DNA of 35,364 nucleotides, from positions 1-35,364 of IMG/VR virus record IMGVR_UViG_3300032332_000211, one strand, 5' to 3'. The translations under genes and the position numbers were made by a program. The notes below the pieces were generated by a model that saw nothing but the letters and a program-made list of their open reading frames with translations, was not told the origin of the DNA and did not search any database. Origin of the DNA: a virus (Duplodnaviria > Caudoviricetes). Shown one piece after another: positions 8,202-16,385 of this stretch (position 1 is its first letter; every line of letters starts with the position of its first letter).

Positions 8202-8515
8202 TGGATATATCGGCAAACCAACTTACAAAATGGGCAAAGTTAAATTTAGGTTATATTGGTGTAAGACTAAATAGAGTTAACAATATACCTTATGGCAGAA
8301 GAAAAGGAACGATAGAAAAGGGATGGGCAGACCTGCAAGGTTATAACGAAGAAGGTAAATATGTTATGGTAGAAGTTAAAAAACTAGGTGACAAATTAAG
8401 TAAACAACAAATTGAAAGATTTACAGATTGTTGGAAATGTGGAAGTTTAGTCTATATTTGTACTGAAGTAGATAACAAACCTGCTTTAGTTGAATGGACA
8501 AAAATAAAATTATAG
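8201..8515 (+). CDS. VRR-NUC / PD-(D/E)xK nuclease
   Basis: GWADL...VEVK..GDKLS..Q motif. Confidence 0.8.
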   Translation: MDISANQLTKWAKLNLGYIGVRLNRVNNIPYGRRKGTIEKGWADLQGYNEEGKYVMVEVKKLGDKLSKQQIERFTDCWKCGSLVYICTEVDNKPALVEWTKIKL

Positions 8516-8976
8516 AGCAATATTGGCTTAATGATGAAGTAAATCAGGCATTTGCAAAAATGCAACCTGAAGATTTGCAGTATGATTTGAAGGTAGAAGT
8601 GTTTGTGGTATTGTTGGAAATGGATGATGAAAAGTTATTTGGCTTATATAAAAGAGGGGAAATAAGATTTTATATAGTAAGAACTATGCTTAATATGATT
8701 AAATCAGACAGAAGCCAATTTTGGAAAAAGTACAGGAACTATACAGAATATGAAGATAATGAACAAGTTGAAGTGGAGCAAAATAGTATTATAGATATTA
8801 TGGAAAAAGGTATTGAAAAACTGCATTGGTATCAAAAAGAAATATTAAACCTGTACACATTTGAATTTAATAAGAACGCAAAAGAATTAAGCAGAAAGAC
8901 AGGAATACCTTATATGTCAATTATAAGAACTTTGAAACAAACTAAAAACGAACTAAAAAAACATATTAGGAAATGA
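8494..8976 (+). CDS. ECF sigma-factor-like transcription regulator
   Basis: Region 2-like DL..EVF..LL and region 4 HTH (L.WYQKEIL.LY...KELSRKTGIPYMSI). Confidence 0.75.
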   Translation: MDKNKIIEQYWLNDEVNQAFAKMQPEDLQYDLKVEVFVVLLEMDDEKLFGLYKRGEIRFYIVRTMLNMIKSDRSQFWKKYRNYTEYEDNEQVEVEQNSIIDIMEKGIEKLHWYQKEILNLYTFEFNKNAKELSRKTGIPYMSIIRTLKQTKNELKKHIRK

Positions 8977-9212
8977 TTCAAATTATTATAACAAGTGTCT
9001 GTGCATCATTATTTTTTAATTCTATACACAACCTACACCGTAAATGGAGAATCAACTTCAAGCCTTTCAGTTGCGGAAGTTGTTTGGCTGCGTGGGTTGG
9101 AGTCGTATTATATTTCTCACCTAAATTAGTTTTAGATATAACAAGTGTATTATTTATATCAGGTTATCTAGGTGCAATTATTGAAACATTAATGTATAAG
9201 ATATGGAACTAG
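8973..9212 (+). CDS. Small membrane protein with CxxC
   Basis: KPFSCGSCLAAW flanked by TM segments. Confidence 0.7.
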   Translation: MIQIIITSVCASLFFNSIHNLHRKWRINFKPFSCGSCLAAWVGVVLYFSPKLVLDITSVLFISGYLGAIIETLMYKIWN

Positions 9213-9505
9213 AACACAGGGAGTTTTTAAAGGAACACTATAACAATTACGAAACTGCTTCAAGTGGTTATGTAAGAAACCTAGATTTGCCTGTGCTTAA
9301 AATGTATGAGCATATTTATAGGTTATATCTTAATCCTACTTTTATACTTACTATTTGGTGTGGTGATTGTAGGATGCAAATGATATTAAAATTATACGCA
9401 TACTATATAGCTTTGCCAATTAGTGAAAAAAGTGAAAAAAGTGAAGTAATTGAACCTGAACAAGTTATAATTAAAAAAACTAAAAAGAAAAAGAATGGCA
9501 AATAA
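9203..9505 (+). CDS. Hypothetical protein with CxxC and basic tail
   Basis: WCGDC motif; operon overlaps on both sides. Confidence 0.65.
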   Translation: MELEHREFLKEHYNNYETASSGYVRNLDLPVLKMYEHIYRLYLNPTFILTIWCGDCRMQMILKLYAYYIALPISEKSEKSEVIEPEQVIIKKTKKKKNGK

Positions 9506-9977
9506 TATTCATCCAACTGCAATAATAGGTAAGAATGTTATACTAGGTGATAACAATTACATAGGTGCTTATAGTATTATAGGTGATATAGCAGAGCATA
9601 AGGGATTTTGGGATAAGCCAAAGGGTAAAGTTATAATTGGGAATAACAATATAATTACAGGATTAGTTACAATTGATGCAGGTACAGAACAAACTACTTA
9701 TATAGGTGACAATTGTTTTATTATGAAACACGCACACATAGGACACGATTGCACTATAAATAATAATGTTACAATAAGTTGTGGTGCTAAAATTGGTGGG
9801 CACTCTACAATAGGCGAAAAGTCTAACATAGGATTAAACGCAGTATTGCATCAATATAGCCAAATTAAAGTAGGTTGTATGATAGGAGCAAGTGCTTTTT
9901 TTAAAGGTGAATCAGAACCATATACAAAATATGCAGGTGTACCTGCTAAATCTTTAGGACAAAATATAATCAAATGA
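9495..9977 (+). CDS. Hexapeptide-repeat (LpxA-like) acyltransferase
   Basis: IHPTAII, IGDNCFIMKHAHIGHDC and GVPAK left-handed beta-helix repeats. Confidence 0.9.
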   Translation: MANNIHPTAIIGKNVILGDNNYIGAYSIIGDIAEHKGFWDKPKGKVIIGNNNIITGLVTIDAGTEQTTYIGDNCFIMKHAHIGHDCTINNNVTISCGAKIGGHSTIGEKSNIGLNAVLHQYSQIKVGCMIGASAFFKGESEPYTKYAGVPAKSLGQNIIK

Positions 9978-10561
9978 ACGCAGTAATCTATTTAAACTAT
10001 CAAAATAATAATGTTAAAACATTAGGTATTAACTTAATGAATGCAGGTATCAATGTAGAACAAGTTGTTATAGTTAATGAGAAAGGTATAGCTAATGCTA
10101 TTAATGTAGGTTTAAATAAAATAGATTTAAGCCATATTCAATATGTAACTTTATTAGCTAATGATATAATTGAACCTGATAATTGGTTAAAAGATAGAAA
10201 TGAATTTATGCAGGATAAAACAATAGGCATTTGTGCATTTCCTTTAGTTGGTGGATTTGATGATACTACAGATATAATAGGTAACTTTACAATAAGCAAA
10301 GAAGTTATAAAAAATGTAGGTGCGTTTAATACTGCACTTGACCCATACGGAGCAATTGACCTAGACTATTGTACACGAGTTAGGGCATCAGGTTTATATA
10401 CTAAATACATTCGTTCAGGTAAAGCAACTCATATAGAACAGAATGGTATAGATGCTTATGGTTATAATAAAAATGAATTAGTTAAAAGTACTTGGGAATT
10501 ACATACTAGCAATGTAGCTAACTATTCAAATGGCAGCAAAACATATTACCTTCCATTATGA
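9974..10561 (+). CDS. GT2-like glycosyltransferase
   Basis: GIANAINVGL, LANDI and VGAFN....YG..DLDY..R motifs. Confidence 0.75.
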   Translation: MNAVIYLNYQNNNVKTLGINLMNAGINVEQVVIVNEKGIANAINVGLNKIDLSHIQYVTLLANDIIEPDNWLKDRNEFMQDKTIGICAFPLVGGFDDTTDIIGNFTISKEVIKNVGAFNTALDPYGAIDLDYCTRVRASGLYTKYIRSGKATHIEQNGIDAYGYNKNELVKSTWELHTSNVANYSNGSKTYYLPL

Positions 10562-11562
10562 GAATACTAGCAATTACAAGTAAGTTTAGTGGTGTAGGTT
10601 ATCATAGAATAATGATGCCATTGGTTAATATGCAGAAAGACTATTGTATGATTACAGATACAATTAATGAAGCAGTATTTGATAACAATTATGACATAGT
10701 AATATTCAATAGATTTCTAGCACATACTGAAATAAGTATGCTTGAGGCTATGCGAAAAAGACATAACTTTAAGTTGGTAGTAGATAATGATGACTATTGG
10801 ATTTTACCACCATCACATATTTTATATGAGCGATACCAAAATAGTGATGTAACACAACGCATTATAGATTTTATTAGGATTGCAGACCTTTGTACCTGTA
10901 CACACGAAAGATTAGCAGAAGAAATAGCAATATATAATCCTAATGTAGAAATACTTCCTAACGCTTTACCTTATGGCAAAGAGCAATTCCAAGATAATAA
11001 GATTGAATCAGATATGGTTAGGTTGTTTTGGTCAGGTTCAGGAACACATACAGTTGATTTAGATATATTAAGGCAACCAATGAAAAAAATTAACTTCCCT
11101 GTAAGAACAGTTATTGCAGGATATAATCTAGGTGAAAAACATTTGTGGGATAGAATGATAGGAGTATTTACAAACGGATTAAAGTTAAACCCTACCATAT
11201 ATGACTACGCAGAAATTACAAAGTATATGGGTGCTTATGCCGATTCTGATATAAGTATAATTCCTTTAGTAGATAATAAGTTTGGTTCAATGAAATCTAA
11301 TTTAAAAGTATTAGAAACTGCTGCAAAGAAAAACCCTGCCATAGTTAGCAATGTCCATCCATATAAGAATATGCCTGTTTGCTATGTAAATAAACAAACT
11401 GATTGGTACAAATGGATTAAACTATTAACATTTGATGAAGCAGCTAGGATAGAATATGGGCAGAACCTATTTGAGTTTTGCGACAGGGAGTTTAACTTTG
11501 ACAAAATAAATAACAAGCGTTTTGCTATTTATAATAAATTGATAGGCAATGCCAATATATAA
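10558..11562 (+). CDS. GT-B (GT4-like) glycosyltransferase
   Basis: GVGYHR..MP, D.DDYW and DISIIPL....F...KS.LK.LE...P.IVS motifs. Confidence 0.85.
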   Translation: MRILAITSKFSGVGYHRIMMPLVNMQKDYCMITDTINEAVFDNNYDIVIFNRFLAHTEISMLEAMRKRHNFKLVVDNDDYWILPPSHILYERYQNSDVTQRIIDFIRIADLCTCTHERLAEEIAIYNPNVEILPNALPYGKEQFQDNKIESDMVRLFWSGSGTHTVDLDILRQPMKKINFPVRTVIAGYNLGEKHLWDRMIGVFTNGLKLNPTIYDYAEITKYMGAYADSDISIIPLVDNKFGSMKSNLKVLETAAKKNPAIVSNVHPYKNMPVCYVNKQTDWYKWIKLLTFDEAARIEYGQNLFEFCDREFNFDKINNKRFAIYNKLIGNANI

Positions 11563-12280
11563 ATGTTCAAACGGAAAATATAGAATAGGTACAGGAAGTT
11601 GTATTTATGATACACAAGAAAAGGCTGCTCAAGTATGGGCAGCTATTTTAGCAAGTGGTAAGATGGCAGGTAAAAAGGTTAGCTATGACTACGATGGTGT
11701 ATTAAGTACAGATGCAGGTAAAGAAAAAGCATTAAGAGATTATCAAGCAGGAAATATAGTTTATATAATTTCAGCTAGAAACGATAAATCAGGTATGCTT
11801 AATGTAGCTAGTCAATTACATATACCTAGTGATAGAGTTTATGCAACAGGTTCAAATAGAGAAAAGGTTAAAAAAATAGATTCACTTGGCATTGAAATAC
11901 ATACAGATAATAACCCTGATGTAATTACTCAAGTAAACGCATTACCAAAAGCAAGGGGGGTAAAGTTTGAGTTTGAAGAAACTTATAATGACTATCCTGA
12001 ATCAGCTAGTAATAATGCAAAGAGAGCATTGAAATGGGCAGAAGAAAATGGATGGGGTGATTGTGGAACTGCAGTAGGCAAAGCAAGGGCAAACCAATTA
12101 GCTAATAAAGAAAATATATCTAGGGATACTATTGCTAGGATGGCATCATTTAAAAGGCAGCAACAAAATAAAGATGTTCCATATTCAGAAGGTTGTGGCG
12201 GTTTAATGTGGGATGCGTGGGGTGGCACTTCAGGTGTTGAGTGGGCAATTAATAAGTTAAAACAAATAGATAAAAAATAA
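11549..12280 (+). CDS. Tripartite protein: short N-terminal module, HAD-like domain and a YNDYP...WGG head-associated domain
   Basis: SYDYDGVLS / IISAR / HTDNN HAD motifs; C-terminal YNDYP...CGT.VGK.RANQLA...GCG.LMWDAWGG. Confidence 0.65.
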   Translation: MPIYKCSNGKYRIGTGSCIYDTQEKAAQVWAAILASGKMAGKKVSYDYDGVLSTDAGKEKALRDYQAGNIVYIISARNDKSGMLNVASQLHIPSDRVYATGSNREKVKKIDSLGIEIHTDNNPDVITQVNALPKARGVKFEFEETYNDYPESASNNAKRALKWAEENGWGDCGTAVGKARANQLANKENISRDTIARMASFKRQQQNKDVPYSEGCGGLMWDAWGGTSGVEWAINKLKQIDKK

Positions 12281-12525
12281 AAAATCACACTAAAGTATAT
12301 CTAAACCATTTTGATTACACAGGAGAGGATTTTATACCTTGTGAAACTTGTGGAGCAAGGGCAGTTGACATTCACCACATAGAAGCAAGGGGAATGGGCG
12401 GAACAAAGAAAGCAGACACAATAGATAATCTTATGGCACTATGCAGAGAGCATCATTTACAATACGGAGACAAGAAACAATTTATAGAATTTTTAAAAGA
12501 TATACATAAACAAAAACTAGGATGA
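12277..12525 (+). CDS. HNH endonuclease with non-canonical ATA start (not in ORF track)
   Basis: (I/M)KNHTKVYL...CETCGARAVDIHHI...NLMALCREHH; in-frame stop at 12271-12273, so no upstream ATG. Confidence 0.8.
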   Translation: MKNHTKVYLNHFDYTGEDFIPCETCGARAVDIHHIEARGMGGTKKADTIDNLMALCREHHLQYGDKKQFIEFLKDIHKQKLG

Positions 12526-12875
12526 TAATACTACCTGCACAGATAGAAGGCTTAACTTCTAGGAAGGACAAAACAATTAAGGTAACATTTGGAACACAAG
12601 AACTATCACCAAACGATGCAGCACAGGTATTTCAACTTAACCAAAGATTCTGTTATATAGCCATCAAAGAAGAACCATTTCAACAGGATGAACTAGATAA
12701 CATAGATAGCATTAAGACAGACCTAGAAACAAACAAGACCCCATCACAAAGATTAAGGGGTATTTTGTATGTTACCTATCAACAAGATAACGAAGGATTC
12801 AAAGATTTTATGACATATTATGTTAGCAAGATGGATAAACTTTGTGAGCATTTTAAGTCTAAATTAGATAAATAA
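12522..12875 (+). CDS. Conserved hypothetical phage protein
   Basis: RKD.T....F.TQEL and KTPSQRLR pattern; ATGA overlap with the HNH stop. Confidence 0.75.
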   Translation: MIILPAQIEGLTSRKDKTIKVTFGTQELSPNDAAQVFQLNQRFCYIAIKEEPFQQDELDNIDSIKTDLETNKTPSQRLRGILYVTYQQDNEGFKDFMTYYVSKMDKLCEHFKSKLDK

Positions 12876-12891
12876 ACAGAACAAAAACAGA

Positions 12892-13251
12892 ATGAGCAAA
12901 GAACATTTAATACCATTTGTAAAGGGTCAGTCAGGGAATCCTAATGGCAGACCTAAAAAGTATGTTAGCTTACTTATTGAGCAGGGGTATAAGTTATCTG
13001 AAGTTAACGATACAATGCAAAATCTAATGGCAATGAATGAAGAACAACTTAAATCTATACAGGATGATGTATTAGCAACTGCATTAGAAAGAACTATTTG
13101 TAAGGCTATTTTAAATTCAATGAATAAGGGCAGTCTGTATTCAATAGAAACTTTATTGACTAGGGTATATGGTAAGCCAAAGGAACAGATGGATATTAAA
13201 TCAGATAATAAAATAGAAGTTATCTTTGTAGATGGTAAAACCATTTTATAA
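12892..13251 (+). CDS. terS: Terminase small subunit (DUF5681-like)
   Basis: PF.KGQSGNP.GRPK and R.YGKP motifs; directly upstream of TerL. Confidence 0.75.
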   Translation: MSKEHLIPFVKGQSGNPNGRPKKYVSLLIEQGYKLSEVNDTMQNLMAMNEEQLKSIQDDVLATALERTICKAILNSMNKGSLYSIETLLTRVYGKPKEQMDIKSDNKIEVIFVDGKTIL

Positions 13252-14402
13252 TGCAAATATTCTTACCTAACCCACACGCAAACCAACAGAAGATACTAGA
13301 ATGCGACAAGCGTTTTAGAGTGGTGATGTGTGGCAGAAGATTTGGTAAGTCAGAACTATCACAGATACTTTCAGTCACATACGCAGTTAAAGGCTATTCA
13401 GTGGCTTATATTACCCCTACTTATGGGTTGGCAAAGGTTTTCTTCAGTAAGCTAACAGAGAGCCTAGAATTGCCTAAAAACAAGTCAGACCTTAAAATAG
13501 ATTTCCCCAATGGTGGACAGATTGAATTCTTTACAGGTGAACGATTAGATAATTTAAGAGGTCGCAAATTTCATTTGGTTATCATAGATGAAGCATCCTT
13601 TATCCCTGACCTTGAATCAGGATGGCAGAATAGCATCAGACCAACCCTGACAGATTATAAAGGGAAGGCAATATTCCTTTCAACACCTAGAGGTAAGAAT
13701 TATTTCTATAGTCTTTTTATGAAGGCAGGTGAAAATGATTGGGCATCATTTAAGTTTACTAGCTATGATAATCCATTCATAGACCCAATGGAAATAGATG
13801 AAGCAATGATGCAACTGCCGAATGTAGTATTTGAGCAGGAATATATGGCGAATCCTAGTGAGAATAGTGCGAACCCATTTGGTAACAAATTCATTGAGAA
13901 TTGTATTAAACCTATGAGCAACCAACCTGTAGTTACATTTGGCATTGACCTTGCAAAGTCAGTTGACCATACAGTAGTCATAGGATTAGATAATGCAGGT
14001 AATGTGGCTTATTTTGACCGCTACCAAATGGATTGGCATAACACCAAAGAGAATATTAAAAGGCTGCCTAGATGTCCTATATTAGTAGATAGCACAGGTG
14101 TAGGTGACCCTATCCTAGAAGATTTACAAAGGGAGGGAATAGCCATTGATGGGTTAAAGTTTACGAGTTCAAGTAAGCAACAGATTATGGAAGGGTTAGC
14201 AAATGCAATACAACAGGGTAGAATAGGATTCCCTGATGGAGTAATAGTAAAAGAACTAGAAGTATTTGAATATCAGTTCACTGCAAATGGGGTTAAGTAC
14301 TCTGCACCTAGCGGATTTCACGATGACTGCGTTATGGCTTTGGCTTTAGCGTGGAACAATTTCAGCATCAAAAGGGGTAATGGCAGGTATACTTTTATGT
14401 AA
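13251..14402 (+). CDS. terL: Terminase large subunit
   Basis: Walker A GRRFGKS, Walker B IIDEA, STPRG.N, GIDLA and HDD.VMALALA. Confidence 0.95.
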   Translation: MQIFLPNPHANQQKILECDKRFRVVMCGRRFGKSELSQILSVTYAVKGYSVAYITPTYGLAKVFFSKLTESLELPKNKSDLKIDFPNGGQIEFFTGERLDNLRGRKFHLVIIDEASFIPDLESGWQNSIRPTLTDYKGKAIFLSTPRGKNYFYSLFMKAGENDWASFKFTSYDNPFIDPMEIDEAMMQLPNVVFEQEYMANPSENSANPFGNKFIENCIKPMSNQPVVTFGIDLAKSVDHTVVIGLDNAGNVAYFDRYQMDWHNTKENIKRLPRCPILVDSTGVGDPILEDLQREGIAIDGLKFTSSSKQQIMEGLANAIQQGRIGFPDGVIVKELEVFEYQFTANGVKYSAPSGFHDDCVMALALAWNNFSIKRGNGRYTFM

Positions 14403-14404
14403 TT

Positions 14405-14496
14405 TACCGCTTATCCTTGATAATTACCGTTCATCACAAAGTTTAAAAATAGTTGGCAATATGTTTGGAAGTAGTATATAAGTTTATATATCTTCG
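14405..14496 (+). promoter_or_regulatory. Cassette promoter with paired TACCG boxes
   Basis: taccgcttatc 14405-14415 and taccgttcatc 14425-14435; TTTG 14464-14467, 21-nt spacer, TATCTTCG 14489-14496. Confidence 0.7.
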
Positions 14497-14518
14497 CTGT
14501 ATCAAAAACAAACAAACT

Positions 14519-15001
14519 ATGAACAATCAATTTTTACAAGCGGAAAACAAATTTAGAAAGGGATTAATTAATTCAGGTGAATTTTATGAAGCAGGTAGCA
14601 AATGTACTTTAGCTGAAGTTTCTGAAGTTCGTGAATTTATCAGAAATGCAGAAAAAAGATTAAAGAAGTATTTAGATGCTAGACCAAAATTAAAGTATCC
14701 TGTTAAAAAGTACATTAGTTATTATATGTATTCTGATGTAGCGGCTTATGAAGTTGTAAGACAAGTTAGTCCTACTGTAGTTGAAGTTAGAGCATTGAAT
14801 GCTAAACAAACTGTATTTCCAAAAGAATTTCATATTGGTGGTTTTTCTGCTCATTGCTCTGATAATTACAATCAAGCATATGAATATTCTAGCAATGAAA
14901 ATGCAGGTGTAAAAAGAATACATTTATCAAGCAAAGGTTGGGGTAAAGGAAGATGGGGAATGACTGAAAAACCTTATATGCACTATGATTATAATTTCTA
15001 A
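14519..15001 (+). CDS. Hypothetical cassette protein
   Basis: Start revised to ATG 14519 (aaacaaact leader, downstream of the promoter); YSD..AYEVV...GGFSAHC...YDYNF domain. Confidence 0.8.
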   Translation: MNNQFLQAENKFRKGLINSGEFYEAGSKCTLAEVSEVREFIRNAEKRLKKYLDARPKLKYPVKKYISYYMYSDVAAYEVVRQVSPTVVEVRALNAKQTVFPKEFHIGGFSAHCSDNYNQAYEYSSNENAGVKRIHLSSKGWGKGRWGMTEKPYMHYDYNF

Positions 15002-15016
15002 ATACTAACCCCCGAA

Positions 15017-15042
15017 GTCAGGGGTGCGGCTGACCAACGCAC
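15017..15042 (+). ncRNA. Candidate H-type pseudoknot RNA element, copy 2
   Basis: GUCAG-GG-GUGCG-G-CUGAC-CAA-CGCAC; compensatory stem-1 changes relative to copy 1. Confidence 0.6.
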
Positions 15043-15068
15043 AATTTTAAAAACCAAAAACAAACAAT

Positions 15069-15260
15069 ATGAAAAAGCCAATGCAACAAGGAATCAATAT
15101 GAAAAACTTAACTGAAAACGAATGGAATCAATTTAAAATTTACTTTGATTTTATGATGAAGTCAGGTTATTCAGAGCAACAAGCAAAAGAAGAAGCCTAT
15201 AATAAATCAATTAAAAATAGAAAGATAGGAATGTTTGCATCTAAATATTATAATCATTAA
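15069..15260 (+). CDS. Hypothetical protein
   Basis: ORF with an A/C-rich leader. Confidence 0.65.
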   Translation: MKKPMQQGINMKNLTENEWNQFKIYFDFMMKSGYSEQQAKEEAYNKSIKNRKIGMFASKYYNH

Positions 15261-15264
15261 TTTT

Positions 15265-15348
15265 ATGAAACAGAAAAACCACAATACAGAAGCAGTAATT
15301 ATCCTTATCTTTGCATTCTTAATAACTGCATACCTACAAAATATTTAA
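15265..15348 (+). CDS. Small single-TM peptide (27 aa, not in ORF track)
   Basis: MKQKNHNTEAVIILIFAFLITAYLQNI. Confidence 0.5.
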   Translation: MKQKNHNTEAVIILIFAFLITAYLQNI

Positions 15349-15354
15349 ACTTAC

Positions 15355-15417
15355 TATCCCTGCTTAATTAAATTAATAATCGTTAGTGGGTTATCCCAAT
15401 GGGGGCAGGGATATTTT
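15355..15417 (+). terminator. Large stem-loop, terminator-like or structured RNA
   Basis: tatccctgc pairs with gcagggata; inner tggg-ttat-ccca hairpin; followed by tttt. Confidence 0.45.
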
Positions 15418-15429
15418 AAAAACAAACAA

Positions 15430-15549
15430 ATGGAAATACTTATTGGATTAATTGTTGTAGCTTTGATATGGCTATGGATAGGTTATAAATTGCTTGATGA
15501 AGATACTAGCATTGACCTAGATGATAACGAACACGATAATATATTTTAA
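15430..15549 (+). CDS. Small single-TM peptide with acidic tail (39 aa, not in ORF track)
   Basis: MEILIGLIVVALIWLWIGYKLLDEDTSIDLDDNEHDNIF; aaacaaacaa leader. Confidence 0.55.
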   Translation: MEILIGLIVVALIWLWIGYKLLDEDTSIDLDDNEHDNIF

Positions 15550-15551
15550 CT

Positions 15552-16232
15552 ATGTGGCAAAAAATAAGCGTTTGGCAATACCAACAGATTTATAATGTTC
15601 TTAACTCAAAGGATAAGAATGATACTGACCTAGACATAAATGTACGATTAGTGGCAATAGTCAATAACCTTACAGAAATGCAGGTAGATAGCCTTCCTTT
15701 GGATGAATATGCGAAGTTGAGTAAAAGTATTGCTTTCTTAAATGAGCCTATTAATGGGAAGCCTGTGAAGTATATACGCACTTCTAATAGCAAAAGGTAT
15801 AGAATAAACTATGATGTCAGTAAGATGCCATTCGCTAGATATATTGAGAGCAAGGTATTTAGTCAGGATTTATATGGCAACCTTCACAAGTTAGCAGCGA
15901 CAATGGTCATTCCACAAAAGAAAAAGCTAGGATTTTGGGTTGACTTACCATACGATGCGAGTAGCCATCAGGAATATGCCAATGATATGTTAGAAGCAAA
16001 GTTTATAGATGTTTATCATTCATTGGTTTTTTTTTATCAAGTATACAGAAATTGGATAGAAGTTTCGCAGGATTATATGGCGAACAAATTGACAAAGGCA
16101 GGGATGAAGGAGCAAGAAGCGACAGAGGTGGTAGTAAGTTTATTGAGTATTTTGGATGGCAATATAGTACCAAACTTATTGCCGAGTACGAAAATTGCAC
16201 AGTTACGGAAGCGTATGAACTCACAACAATAG
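15552..16232 (+). CDS. Putative tail assembly chaperone (0-frame product)
   Basis: First gene of the tail block; contains slippery GTT TTT TTT TAT at 16026-16037. Confidence 0.6.
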   Translation: MWQKISVWQYQQIYNVLNSKDKNDTDLDINVRLVAIVNNLTEMQVDSLPLDEYAKLSKSIAFLNEPINGKPVKYIRTSNSKRYRINYDVSKMPFARYIESKVFSQDLYGNLHKLAATMVIPQKKKLGFWVDLPYDASSHQEYANDMLEAKFIDVYHSLVFFYQVYRNWIEVSQDYMANKLTKAGMKEQEATEVVVSLLSILDGNIVPNLLPSTKIAQLRKRMNSQQ

Positions 16233-16306
16233 AATGTCTTAATATCCTGTCTTATCTAAAAGCAAAGACAGATTATGACAATGAGCAAATAAAGAAGGTT
16301 AGATAG
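16031..16306 (+). CDS. -1 frame extension (frameshift product C-terminus)
   Basis: The -1 frame is open from the T9 run: FLSSIQKLDRSFAGLY...FIEYFGWQY...LSYLKAK. Confidence 0.65.
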   Translation, partial: FLSSIQKLDRSFAGLYGEQIDKGRDEGARSDRGGSKFIEYFGWQYSTKLIAEYENCTVTEAYELTTIECLNILSYLKAKTDYDNEQIKKVR

Positions 16307-16322
16307 TTTTTTAGTTTTTGGT

Positions 16323-16362
16323 TAATGACCCCATCCCTAAAAAGGTGGGGTTAGTTATTTTT
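16323..16362 (+). terminator. Rho-independent terminator
   Basis: accccatc/ggtggggt stem followed by a T-rich tract. Confidence 0.65.
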
Positions 16363-16385
16363 ATACCTTTGTCCTATTTATTGGT

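Noticed and set aside
9422-9446. 9-bp tandem repeat agtgaaaaa (SEKSEKSE)
   Set aside because: In-frame low-complexity slippage in a disordered tail; no sign of function.
14453-14518. TTG start for the cassette gene
   Set aside because: It lies upstream of the predicted promoter elements; ATG 14519 has the typical leader.
15005-15045. HDV-like/theta ribozyme or tRNA
   Set aside because: Too short, with no nested double pseudoknot or cloverleaf; kept only as a simple pseudoknot.
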